Below, piece after piece: positions 50,868 through 64,000 of a DNA stretch of 64,000 nt. How positions within the stretch are numbered: the stretch's first letter is position 1; each line of letters starts with the position of its first letter. This DNA is from Protoeuglena noctilucae (Eukaryota), in the NCBI GenBank assembly GCA_958009085.1, contig OY253675.1, forward strand, positions 558,001 through 622,000. Reading direction: 5' to 3'. The translations under genes were made by a program, and so were the position numbers. The notes under the pieces are model-generated. The model saw only the letters and a list, made by a program, of their open reading frames with translations, ran no database searches and was not told the DNA's origin.

Positions 50868-52751
50868 CTAGGGCATGAGTTTCTTGATCATGAGATGCCG
50901 TCGGTCGATCCCCACCAAGGGTGCGAGGATGCTGTCGCTTCGGTCCACCGTGTACCCCGCAGACTCGTAGAGACCCTGCGGGAGGTGGCAGTGGTGGATC
51001 GTAACTCAAGTGGATGAGGAGTTGCTGCGGCAGAGGACACTGGTGAATCGTAGCTGTGGTGGATGAGGCGACTGCGGTTTGTTATAAGAATGACGGGGTA
51101 TAGCTGTGGTGGATGAGGAGACTGAGGTTGCTGTGACGCCGGACAGTGACGGGGTCGAGCTGTGGTGGGTGAGCCGAACGCCGTCGGTGTGACGGGACAG
51201 GGTGCGAACGGCGTGCTTGACAGGGACGGAATGTGACCGTGTGACCGTGCAACCGTGTCACGTGACATATCGCACCGTCACCTGCGCGTGCTTGTCCTTT
51301 AACCTGAGGTGGAGGTACATGGCCGGTTCGTGCATCGACGTTGCGACGTCCTCAGCGGCACTGCATGGACGGGGCGAGGACGGCTGCTGCTCTCCGATCC
51401 ACAGCGGTGGAGGCATAGATGCACCGCACACACCGACGGGCTCCATCACATCGGCAGTCCTAGCACCGCCCACACCGACAGGGTCATTCGTGGTCTTAGC
51501 ACAGCACATGCCCACATCACATGCACACAGCACATGCACATGCCGTGCATCCAGCCCCGGGCCACGCACCGCAGCAGCTCCCTCGCGATGCCCCGCCGGC
51601 GCATGTCGGGCACGACCGCCATGTTGCAGAGGTACGCGCTGGCGGGCGGGGGGTCGAGCGTGACGTAAGAGGATCGCGTTTCGGCCGTGAAGCTGACCTC
51701 GGCAATGGCCACCAGAGACCCGGGAGGGCCGTCCTCTTGAGCGGTATCCGTGCCCGCGTGCAGGACGGCGGCCATCAGGATGCATTTGGGCGCTAGAGAG
51801 ACGTGGTTTGCCACGTAGGAGCGCACTTGCCGGGAGAGATAGCCGCGATAGATGCCCGGGGCGCTGCGGGGGAGGTGAGGACGGTTGGTAAAGCGTGAGA
51901 TGGGCGGGTTCTGCAGTGGTGCGCTTCCACGTGACAAGCGAAAGCGGCGGGATCACCCGAGCGCCACAAGGAAGGTCTCGCTGAGCAGCTCAGCCGCGAA
52001 GGCTGCATGGATGGCCGTGAGCGGGGCGATCGTGAGCGTGCCTCCGCGCGGGGCCGGGCACTGACGGCGGAAGAGCATCATTGCACGCCGCCGTCGCGCC
52101 AGCTCCTCTTGAAGCAGCGCCGATCCGGGTCCGGGGCCCGGGCCCTCGTCAGCTCGCAGCCCGCGAGGCGATGAGCTCGTGGCACGTACTGATGCGAGTA
52201 AGCTCGATAGTGAAGCCTCCGCTAGACTGCGGGGCGGGATGAGCGTTACGTGGGGCAAGAACCAGAAAAAAGCGGCTGGAAAGCCAAACCCGCGCGGCAT
52301 GTTCGTTGCCTGCTCTCCGTCCACGATGCGCCAACTTCCGCATCCACGTTGCGGGATCCAAGCGACCCGGGCTGGTGTTTCCACCTACGCACCGCCTCGG
52401 CGCTGCGCCTACTGCATGGAATGTGCGCCTGTGCGGGTGGCCCGCACCGCGCGCGGAAGGCCCGCGCCACCACCGGATGGGACGCCGAACATACACCTGT
52501 CCTAACGCGACCGATTTCAAGGCCCTGCCGATCCGGCAGCCTGCAACACGAGACAAGCGGAAAACCTGCCATGACCCCGGCGGGGAATTCCTCAAGGACA
52601 AACGTTGATGCGCATTTGCAGGGATGGCGCACGTGAAGCAGGACCTCGCGCAGGTGCGGAGCGGTGCGCAGCTGGCAGGGACGACTGGCGGAGGACAAAC
52701 CCGCCGGAGCCGCCGTTGCGGCCCACCGCCGCTGTGCGCGACCGCATGCAT
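50868..52751 (-). CDS. GNAT-family N-acetyltransferase, possibly organelle-targeted
   Basis: AYLCNMAVVPDMRRRGIARELLR (acetyl-CoA motif RxxGxA), MYLHL and LYESAGY. Stop TAG at 50868-50870; start tentative. Confidence 0.78.
51050..51175. repeat. Degenerate ~50 bp intronic minisatellite in the GNAT gene
   Basis: 'agctgtggtgg' recurs at about 51052, 51102 and 51158; the first two copies continue 'atgagg.gactg.ggtt'. Confidence 0.65.
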
Positions 52752-53151
52752 GCGATCCGGACCATGCCCAGGCGCAGGCACTGGCGCTGAACGAGGCCGC
52801 ATCCGCACAGCGGGGCTGCTGGCGTGCTGCGGAGGCGTCATTCGGTGCCCGCTTCGGCGCGGACGGGACGCGGGGGGCAAGCGGGCAAAGCATCCAACGC
52901 GTGAGGCAGCGGTGGCGCATCGCGAGGGGTCTCCGCGCGGTGGGGGCGGGTGCTTTTGCGTGGTTCACAGTCTCGAAACACTCTCTTGACGCGCGCATGC
53001 AGACGGGGCTCGGAGGCGGCCGGCGCGGAGGTCGATCAGTGGAGCGCATGGATATGTCGGCGTCGTCGGAGCCGCCCTTCGTGGGTAAGGCGCAAGGCCG
53101 TCTGTGCCTTGGTGTCTTTGGCTGGGCATGCTGGGGCATCTCACGGAGCCG

Positions 53152-54675
53152 ATGGCGTCCGCAGGGTGGGACGACCTGCCCGGGGAGGTGCATCGCGAGA
53201 TTCTGCGGCTGGTGCCGCTGTGCGACGCGACGGCGGCGCGGGCGGTGTCGCGGGAGATGCGCGACGAGGTGGACGAGGTGTGGAGGGCGTGGGGCATCCG
53301 GGCCACGGCAAAGGATGTGCGGGATTACATCCGCTATTATCATACGAAGCGGGATTCTTATCGTTGTACGGGCGACGAGATTGAACTCGACTACGGCCCG
53401 GTGTTGGTGTTCGCGCATAATGGGTCCCACGCGCACCACCTGGCGAGCCTGGGGCTATGATGGCTGGCCCTGCTGGTGACGGAGGGGCCGGACATCAACG
53501 GCATCTCGTGGGCCTTTTTCGAGGAGGACGACACCGAGCTCTCACCGCTGATGGTGGCGGTGGTTGCACGGCGGCCGGTGGGGCGTGGGGCAGACGGCAA
53601 GGTGGAGTGGGCACACGCGTTGGGGGACGAGGAGGTGGCGCGGGCGGTGCGGGCGGCGGTGGCGACGGGGGCGGACGTCAACCGGCTGCTGCGTGGGGCA
53701 CAACCGCTGTTGACGTTCTGTGCAGCGCGGGGGTGCATGGAGGCGGTGAAGGCGTGCCTGGCAGCGGGGGCGGAGGTGAATGCGGAGGGAGACGACGGAT
53801 TTGTGGTATGGTGGACGGCGTTGGTGCGTGCCGGGCGTGGGGGTCACGAGGCGGTGGTGGAGGCGCTGCTGGAGGCAGGGGCGTCGGCTGCGGTCGGGTC
53901 GAGAGGCGGGGACGAGACGTTGGTTGCAGTGTGCGGTGGTCGTCCGACGCTGGGCATCGTGCGTCGGCTGGCGGAGGCGGGTGCCAATGTGAACGCAGTG
54001 CATGACGATGGTTGTTCACCCCTTCACAATGCAGCAGATCGAGGCAACGTGGTCATCGTGGAGGCCCTGGTGGAACTGGGGGCCGACTTGATCAGTGCTG
54101 ACAACAGGGAGTGGGCTGCAATGCATTACGCGGCGAATGGGGAGGTGCTGCGGTGGCTGGCAGCCCGGGGGGTGAGCGTCCAGGGCGATGGGTTCCACGA
54201 GTCCCCACTCATGCGGGCCTGCGATCTCGGCCGCATCGACGCCGTCCGCGCTTTACTCGAGCTGGGGGCGGATGTCAATGGCAGGGGCTGGGAAGCCAAC
54301 ACGGCTCTCCACAGCGCGGTGGCATGTGACCTAGAGGTAGCGGCGGTGGAGATAGCGCAGCTGCTGCTGGCGGCGGGGGCGGACGTCAAGGCCGTGAATG
54401 ATGATGACCAGACGCCCCTGCACTGTGTCAGGCACGCGGGGTGCGTGGACGCGCTGCTGGACGCTGGGGCAGACCTGGAGGCGCGGGACCTTGAGGGCAG
54501 GACGCCGATCCGCAACGCTGCCATCGACATTAATTGGCGGCCTACAGTGGCCAAGGCGGTGCTGCGGTTGGCCGACCGCGGCGCGGACCTGGTCAACACG
54601 GGCGGAGAGCCGGGGTACATGGAGCGCATAGTGGCGGAGCTGCGGGCCGAGCGCAGCCACTCCCAGCCCGGCTGA
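53152..54675 (+). pseudogene. Intronless F-box-like + ankyrin-repeat gene interrupted by a single in-frame TGA (pseudogene or recoded gene)
   Basis: MASAGWDDLPGEVHREILRLVP…ARAVSREMR (F-box-like) runs in the same frame as the ankyrin ORF (SPLHNAA, SPLMRAC, TALHSAV, TPLH, GADVN). They are separated only by TGA at 53458-53460. Confidence 0.7.
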
Positions 54676-54709
54676 CCTGACTGGGGGCGGTGACAGAAGC
54701 AAGCATCCG

Positions 54710-54714
54710 TGTAA
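54710..54714 (+). promoter_or_regulatory. Putative TGTAA polyadenylation signal of the F-box/ankyrin gene
   Basis: TGTAA 35 nt after the terminal stop. Confidence 0.4.
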
Positions 54715-55268
54715 CGCTCTCGTGAGGGAACTTGAGGCGTGGGCAATGGGTGGCTGGGCAGGAGACCTGTGCTGGAGCAGGCTGTGGCGTGGGGGTGGTG
54801 ACGCGCTAGGGTGTGGGATGCGCCGTTGTCCCCCGGGCAGTGCTTGACCAGGCAGAGGTGTTTGTGTAGGTCTGTGTGGAGGGTGGCAATGTGCCGCTGT
54901 GTACAGGTTGCCAAGGGTGGCTGGCGGAGTGCTGCGATGGGCTTTAAGCGGGGTGGCAGGTGTGCTGGGCAGCATCGCGTGTGCTTGGATGACGTGGGAG
55001 CATGGCTGTGTCAGCCAGTGCACCCTGACATGAGCGGCGCAGCTGCAGCAGCGGCAATGCCTGTCGACAATCACATCGAGCGTGCGGTGTTGAAGTGCGG
55101 ATGTGCGGTGCACGGTCAGCGCAGCTATTGCGGCAACTAGTGGGGCATGGAATGGCCTCTGCCAGGCTCGAGATTGAAGCGGCAATGGAGTTGTTAGGGT
55201 ACAAACAGCCGCACGCCCCTTTCAGACCAACAGCCGCACGTCGCTTTACTACCAGCCGCACGCCCTCC

Positions 55269-55273
55269 TTACA
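55269..55273 (-). promoter_or_regulatory. Putative TGTAA polyadenylation signal of GSNOR
   Basis: TTACA on the + strand, about 180 nt downstream of the GSNOR stop. Confidence 0.4.
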
Positions 55274-55450
55274 AGCAACCGTACGCCCCTCGCAGCTTTA
55301 TGACGGAGCGAAAGCCGCACGTCCCTTTCCACAGCCACAGCCACACGTCCCTCTCACAGCCATCCACACGCTCCAGCCACACCCCCACGCCCATCTCACA
55401 CCCACACCCTCCCGCCCCGCCCATGACACCCCCGCGCCCCTCACATGCCC

Positions 55451-57576
<2,126 letters not shown>

Positions 57577-57799
57577 GGTCGCCGAGATAGAGGTGGCGCC
57601 GTCTCTTCCGCCCTTCCCGGGGAGATGGAAGGTCGAGATCAAGAGTGGCAGTCCCCACGGGCGTGCCTATATCCGGACGATGTCGGTGACACAGCTGTTG
57701 GCCGCGGATGTCGCAGTTGCGGCGCCAGAGGCCGGATGTCAGGCCCAAAATGCAAGGGGCCTGCGCGATCACCCTCAATCAGTATCTTTCGGCGGTACG
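57577..57799. promoter_or_regulatory. Probable bidirectional promoter between GSNOR and glyoxalase II
   Basis: About 223 bp between the inferred divergent ATGs (57576 and 57800). Confidence 0.5.
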
Positions 57800-59715
57800 A
57801 TGCACCTCGCGCGATTTGTTTCTCAAGCTGGGCTTGGCCGGTCGATTCCGCTGCTCATCAGCTCGCGGCACTCCCTGCTCTCGGGTTCTCGACCCGGCCA
57901 GCCTCTCTGCCTCAGCTGTGAACGTCGGAGGGACCCTTCCATCGTCGTCTACGCGAGGCAGTCGCTATCGAGCGTCGAGATGAAGCCGGTGCAGGAGAAC
58001 GGCTTCTCCGTGTACAGGTGGGCATCGCGGTCCGCGCGTGGCCCAGGGACGGCTCCAGCCACCGTCGTCAGACCCCGGACCTGATGAACGTTCCATTTAG
58101 ATCGAGCGCGCCTGTTCGATCGCGCGCTGGCTGCCCGGGGCGCCGGCGCTGACGTGCGCAGCGACCCTGCACGCCTGCCCACGTCGCTCGTCGGATGTCG
58201 GATGTCCCGGCCTTTTGCGGTCCGGTGGGCAGAGTATGTCTGGCACTCTGACGCAGCGACCAGCGTGAGCGCCGGCAGCGCCTCCGTCGCGCTTGTGGCA
58301 TCCGGACGCCGTAAGGTCCTCTCCGCCGTCCGCGGCGCCCGCAGGGTCCCGGCGCTGGATGACAACTACATCTGGCTGATCAAGGACGAGGTCACGGGCA
58401 AGGCCGCGGTGGTCGATCCCGCGGAGGATGCGCCCGTCGAGGAGGCGATGAAGGTGCGCTGTTCCATCTGCTGAATGGGAGCGCCGCGGGGTCGATGGCG
58501 CGCCGTCGTGGCTAGTCATTTTGTCGTCTGATAGGAGTATGATTATGTGCACGATATACTCACAAAGGGTGAAGCGTCTGCCTGCACGCAGGCGACGGGG
58601 GTGACGCAGCTGGCCTACATCCTCAACACGCACCACCACCAGGACCACGTGGGCGCCAACGTGACCCTCAAGGAGCGCCACGGCTGCACGATCGTCGGGC
58701 CCAAGGCGGACCGGGCGCGTGAGTGCCAGCACCACGCACATGCGCGTGGCTGCGTGCAGCTTCAGCGTGCGCCGCGCGCTCTTCACGTCAGCGCCGAGTG
58801 TTAGAATCTCGTCTCATCGTTCTCTCATCGTGCAGGTATCCCCGGCATCGACGTGGAGCTCGCGGACGGCGACTCGTACGACGTCCTGGGTCACAAGATG
58901 GTGTGCCTCGACACGCCCGGCCACACGCTGGGCCACATCACGCTGCTGTTCCCCGATAACAAGGCGTTATTCTGCGGCGACACGCTCTTCATCATGGGAT
59001 GCGGGCGCATGTTCGAGGGCAACCCGCCGGTGAGTTTCGTGGGAGGATGGCACGCTTGCAGCGATATTCATCGCGTTCCGGCTTTACACATGCGACATTT
59101 AGCAATACTGCATGCATCCAATACCCAATCTCCCTCTCTTCGCCCTCCCTGTGCCGGTTGTCAGCTGCTCTTTCCACCCACCCTGTCATTTGCACCCCAT
59201 CCAGTCCCCTCTCTCCTCCCTCAGATGTTCTGGAACTCCCTTTCCAAGTTCCTCGCCCTGGACCCCGACACCCACGTCTACTGCGCACACGAGTACACGG
59301 CGTCCAATGCGCGGTTCGCCCTCTCCATTGACCCTGACAACCCTGCCCTGAAGGAGAGGGCCAAGAACATCCAGGCGAGTGGCGTTTCCAATCGTGGCAG
59401 GTTGATGAGAGGCAGGTTGCTTTTGGTGCTTTAAAACTGTACTGTATGATTGTCACTGAGGGTCTTGGTCTTGCTACCATTTGCCACCTATCCTTGTTTC
59501 GTGACCATCTACTATCCACCGTCCGTGTTCCGCAGGCCATGCGCGAGCGCGGGGAGCCCACGGTGCCGGGCCTGCTGCAGGACGAGCTGCTCACGAACCC
59601 CTTCCTGCGGCCGGGGGACCCCGCGATCCGCAAGGCCCTGGGCGTGCCGTCGGACGCCGACAATGCGACCGCGTTCGGGGCCATTCGCACCGCCAAGGAC
59701 AACTTCAGGGGTTGA
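57800..59715 (+). CDS. GLX2: Hydroxyacylglutathione hydrolase (glyoxalase II) with organellar targeting extension
   Basis: VPALDDNYIWLI, VVDPAE, ILNTHHHQDHVG (THxHxDH), TPGHTLGH, LFCGDTLFIMGCGRMFEG, YCAHEYT and TNPFLR; KDNF at the C-terminus. Confidence 0.95.
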
Positions 59716-60853
59716 TGAGGAGGAGCTGGGGTTGTGGGGAGCTGGGGTGATGGGGAGTGGGGGTGATGAGGAGTGGGGGGGATGGGCAGTTGGGGCGGTG
59801 GGGAGCGCAGCGACAAGGCTGTGTGCTGGTGTTTGAATCGTCTCTCTCTCTCTTAGGTCTTTGGCAATAAACGCCTTTACGATTGAGGGGTGCAGGGGGT
59901 GTAGGGATGAAGCGGGGGCTTCGCTGTGGCCGTTATGGTGGGCGCAGCACATTTCCGTGGTGGGCGCAGCACGATGTGGGTGCAGGGTGGTCACCTCATC
60001 GCTGCTTGAACCGCCGCGTCGCGATGGGGGGAGAAAGGGCCACTGCCCGGCACAGGCCACAGCCGCGCTGCCCGCAGTTGATCGCGACAGAAAAGGGGCT
60101 CGGTGGGGCGAGCGATGTTGGTTCAGAGAGAACTGAAAACTGACAAAGGGTCGGTGCTTGGCACCGGGAGCCACGTTGTGGGGCGAACCGAGAAGGGAAA
60201 ACCCAAAAGATTGTCACGCTACTACTAGCATACACAACTCTGTCCTCCTTATCTGTCAACCAACTAAGTAGCAGTCAAGTGCATCGGTCGAGAGCTCGCT
60301 CCTCACGCACGCGCGCACGTGCTGCAAGTGTATTGTGGTCATGGCCGGCAATGCAACCATCTACAACAAGACATCGTGCATTTGCTATGCACATATATGG
60401 GATGCTATGCTACGTGCATGTGGGCGGCCATGACCACACAGAGCCCAAGTTTGGCGCCACTGGGGCAGCCAACACAGGGGCGGTGACGGGGGTTACAGCG
60501 GGAGATTATATGAGATAGATGAGATGGGTGACTGGGTGATAGCGGGAGATGGGATGAGATGGATGGGATGGGGCAGGGGTGATGCGCCGTGCAGCTGCTC
60601 CCGAAGGCGGTGCTGCCAAGGGGAAGCGCACGCGCACTGGCAGCGTGTACTGGCAGCGCATACTGGCAAGCCTGTTGGCGAGGAAAAGGAAAAGAGGGGA
60701 ACTGGCATGTTACTGGCACGTCATGCGTGCGTCGGGGTGTCCGTGTCGCACCCTTGCACCATCCACCATCTCACGTCCTCAGCTGTGTGTCCTCATCTCA
60801 GCCGCACTCAGTCGCATTTCATTTGCACACAAACCATGACGAGGTGACGGCGG

Positions 60854-63800
60854 TCACAGCCCCGGGGAGCCGTTGAGCTGAAGGCCAGGGGGAGGGTAAG
60901 AGTGTCATGGTGTTGTGTGTTCTGTGTGAACAATAAGCCTGAAAGGGCAGCTACGGTCACACCTGCATCACAAGCAGCTTGTCCCTCTTGACCCTCTCTC
61001 ATGTCCCATATCACATTGTTAACCAATAGTAATAGCAGTAATACTGTAAATACAACTATCACCTAATCTAATCCCTCACCTCCTTCTCCAGCTTGTCCCT
61101 CTTGACCCTCTCGCTCGCCGCCTTCTGCGTCAGATGCGCTTTCTCCAATTCCATCAACAGTCGGAACCGGCGGCCCATCAGGCAGCGGCCCACCAACTCC
61201 GCGAAACGCATCCACAGCCTGGAGAGGGGAGGGGGGGGGAGGGGGTGACAATTGTTGTTGTCATTAAGTCAGCACCTGCAAGGCATCCACAGCCTGTGCG
61301 GGAGAGAGGGGAGGGGAGCGATGATGGATTTTATTATAGTGGCTGGGTAGTAACCATAATATACAGTAATGCGCGACATTCATCTGCCACCGCCACCATG
61401 CATTCCAGTCAACTCATCCCTCCCACCCCACACACTGACCTGGTAATCAGCGGCCCGCTTTGCATGGCGGCGTCCTCGCTGTGGATGTCGAGCATCTCCG
61501 TCACCATCCCCTCCACGTTCATCGCCGTCGGCAGTTGCGACAGCAATTTCGCCACCCTCTGCACCTCCGCCCTCGTCTGCCTGACCAACGGGCGTAATAG
61601 CCACAGGTAGAGCGCCGTGATGCCCACCGCAGTTACCATCAACACCGATTCCACGATCACCACGATGGTCATCGTGTTGTTGACCATCTGCTCCTGAAGC
61701 TGGGTCAGGATCCTGGGGGGGTGGGGGGGTGAGATGAGGTGAGGTGAGGGGGGTGGGTGTGGTGTGGGGTGTGGGCGTGAGGGAGTGGGTGGCATGGGAT
61801 TGTGTGAAAGGCCAACACAGGCTCATATCAATGCAAGCACAAACCCGGTACAATCACATACCCCCCCACCTGAGCCCATCCGCGACCTCCTTCCCCCCCA
61901 GCTCATACACGAACTGCTGCGTGGGCGACTCGTAATTAAGATAACTGACGGGGTCATTGGGAACGCCGTCATACTCGTTTCGCCACTGCTGGGCGTTGGT
62001 GAGGTATTTGGACAACAACACCTCGTATCCATTCCACACAGCGCTGTAATAGGGGTCCGTGGAGGGGCGGCAGTCGGCCTTGTTGAGGCGGAGGCAGGAG
62101 CTGCCCTGGATGATGGCGGCTTGCTTGGGGTCCTTCATCACTGCGATTGGGGGGGAAGGGGTGTTGGGAGTGGGGGTGATGGTGGGTTGGTGGGGGTAGT
62201 GTTGGGGTGGTGGTGGTGAGGGTCGTGAGGTGGGATGAGACCGTGTGTTGTCACTGCCACCGTCACTGTTACTATCACCATATTATACTTGCTAATCAAT
62301 ATCATCATATCAATCACCATTACCATCCCTCACCTGACCCCGTGAGCCCCAGCGTGGCGTTGCCGTTGAGGATGGACTGCCACTGCACGGCCGCCATATC
62401 TGTGAAATGGGACAGCTGCTCTTTGGAATAGACGGCCTCCGTCTTCCATCGCACAGTGCTGACCTGGTTGCCCCAGTAGCGGACCTGGGGGGGGGGAGGT
62501 GGGGTGGGGGTAGGGGTGAGTGGGGGGGGAGGTGATGGGGCAGTGGGGGTTAGTGGGGGAGGGGCAGCGGGGGAGAAACGATGCACGTGGTTGGGATCGT
62601 GTCGAGTGATCACTTCCCCGATGCAAGCGCACCACCACCCATCCCATCCCACCCGATCCCTGCTACTCCCCCATCTCTCGCCTGCATGAGGTAAGCGATC
62701 CAATCTAAACTGCAACCCACTCCGTCATCCCTCGCCTGCATGAGGTAGGTGATTAGATCCTGCGTGCCCACCAGGTCGTGGAGGGGGCTGGTGGTGCTGC
62801 GGATCTCGACATAAGATGCCATATGTAATCCCAATATGACGCCGATCAAGAGGACCATGGGGGCCAAGACCAGGGCCAACTGGGGAGGGGGAGGAGTGAG
62901 AGGGGGGTTGACGGGGTGAGGTGAGGCGAAGGGTGTGGCGGTGAGAGCGGATGCATTGTCACACCAATGCCCCATCGCTGTATAGCTCCTCCCCTAAATC
63001 CCATCTGCCATTCATCTCAACTCGCCCTCCCCCCACCCCGCCCACGCTCACCTTTCGCTTGGTCCCCCTGTCTAGCTCGATCGTCCTGTCCGGCTTGCTC
63101 CACATGAGCAGGCTGCTGTGCTTCTTGCTCGCATGGGCAAAGACGTCCTCCTGAGTGGCCGCGGCATTGGCAGCATCGGACTCGGCCTCTTCTCTTGTAG
63201 CTGACAGCCTGGGAGTAAATGAGTGGGATAGTGTTTTATGTGAAAGTTGTGATAATGAACATTAACACCCCCACTCCCACTCCCACCCTCGCTGCCACCC
63301 GTGTTGCCACCCCCACTCCTACATTCACACCCACCCCCACACCCCCACCCCCATCTCCCACCCACCCCCACCACCCCATCTCTCACCTGGTCACCAGATG
63401 CCTGGGAATGGCCAGCAGGACCTGGAACAGCGCCCGGCGGTGGCCAATCAGCGGCAGGGCGTGCATCACCACCCCCACCACAAACGCGGGCACGATGACC
63501 ACAATCTGTACCAGCGCGATGATCAACGCGATCGTTTGCAATGATTTCATGTTGCTCAAAGTGGCTTGGCTGATGGAGGTGCGCATGGCGTCCAGGGAGG
63601 GGACCAGGGCAAAGGCCGTGTTGCTGCATTGGGGGGTGGGGGGGGGGGGTGAGTGGTGAGGGGTGGGTGAGTGGGATGAGTGGGGTGGCAGGGTCAGTGG
63701 TGGGTGGTGCTGGGCCAGCCATGTGCAAGTGTCGTTAATCATTACAGTCATTCACTAATAACACTAATGAGTACCAACCCCTCTCCCCCTCACCGCGTGA

Positions 63801-64000
63801 CGAACACGAAGGACCGGTCGCTGGCCAGGAGCGTGCGCTGGGCGTCGGTCTTGCGCAACACCAGCAGCGCCTTCTGCACCCACAGCTCTGCGGACGTGGA
63901 TAGGGATGGGTAAAGAGATAAGATAGTGGCTATGTTCTATGCATCTCTTCTGCACCCACAGCTCTGCGGGTGTTGGGTGGCTTGGGGTGGTAAAGATGGT
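60854..64000 (-). CDS. 3' part of a large multi-pass membrane protein resembling the green-algal TmcB (tiny macrocysts)/PAS family; 5' end outside the window
   Basis: TM exons (IALIIALVQIVVIVPAFVVGVV…RRALFQVLLAIP; LALVLAPMVLLIGVILG) and C-terminal LYLWLLRPLVRQTRAEVQRVAKLLSQLPTAMNVE. Splicing in phase gives …KLEKE|LNGSPGL* with the stop at 60854. Confidence 0.6.

Noticed and set aside
54676..54780. Possible SECIS element after the F-box/ankyrin gene (GTGA…AA…GA)
   Set aside because: I could not build a convincing stem with the correct spacing by eye. It needs SECISearch and is not claimed.
52900..55000. Transposon or viral insertion boundaries around the intronless ankyrin gene
   Set aside because: I found no terminal repeats, target-site duplication, poly(A) remnant or mobile-element ORF by eye.

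Overview
This is eukaryotic nuclear DNA: GC-rich, gene-dense and intron-rich. It is most likely from a flagellated green alga (chlorophyte), based on nucleus-encoded plastid proteins (ATPD, CHLP), a CFAP77-like flagellar gene, a TmcB-like membrane protein and TGTAA poly(A)-type signals. By splicing exons by hand I can support about 26 protein-coding genes. In order they are: an RluA N-terminal-domain-only protein, a coiled-coil protein, a tandem ubiquitin-like protein, EMC2, a NOVA/BTR1-like KH protein, an MFS transporter, an FkbM-like methyltransferase, a Rieske protein, an MBOAT wax synthase, a 3-beta-HSD-like SDR, ATPD, CHLP, PQBP1, HMG-CoA lyase, RlmN, an ARM-like protein, TsaE, CFAP77, a ZIP transporter, PurM, a bromodomain/KANSL1-PEHE-like protein, a GNAT, an intronless F-box/ankyrin ORF split by one in-frame TGA, GSNOR, glyoxalase II and a partial TmcB-like gene. 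I found no rRNA, tRNA, CRISPR or transposase. The most notable signals are: (1) repeated 'echo' copies of exon-intron junctions inside introns of four unrelated genes; (2) an unusually high share of GC-AG introns; (3) the intronless F-box/ankyrin gene with a single internal TGA; (4) tight head-to-head pairs of functionally related genes (GSNOR/GLX2, ATPD/CHLP); and (5) a stand-alone RluA N-terminal Cys-motif domain. Feature coordinates span whole genes including introns. Several start codons are tentative, and all family calls come from motif recognition, not database searches.
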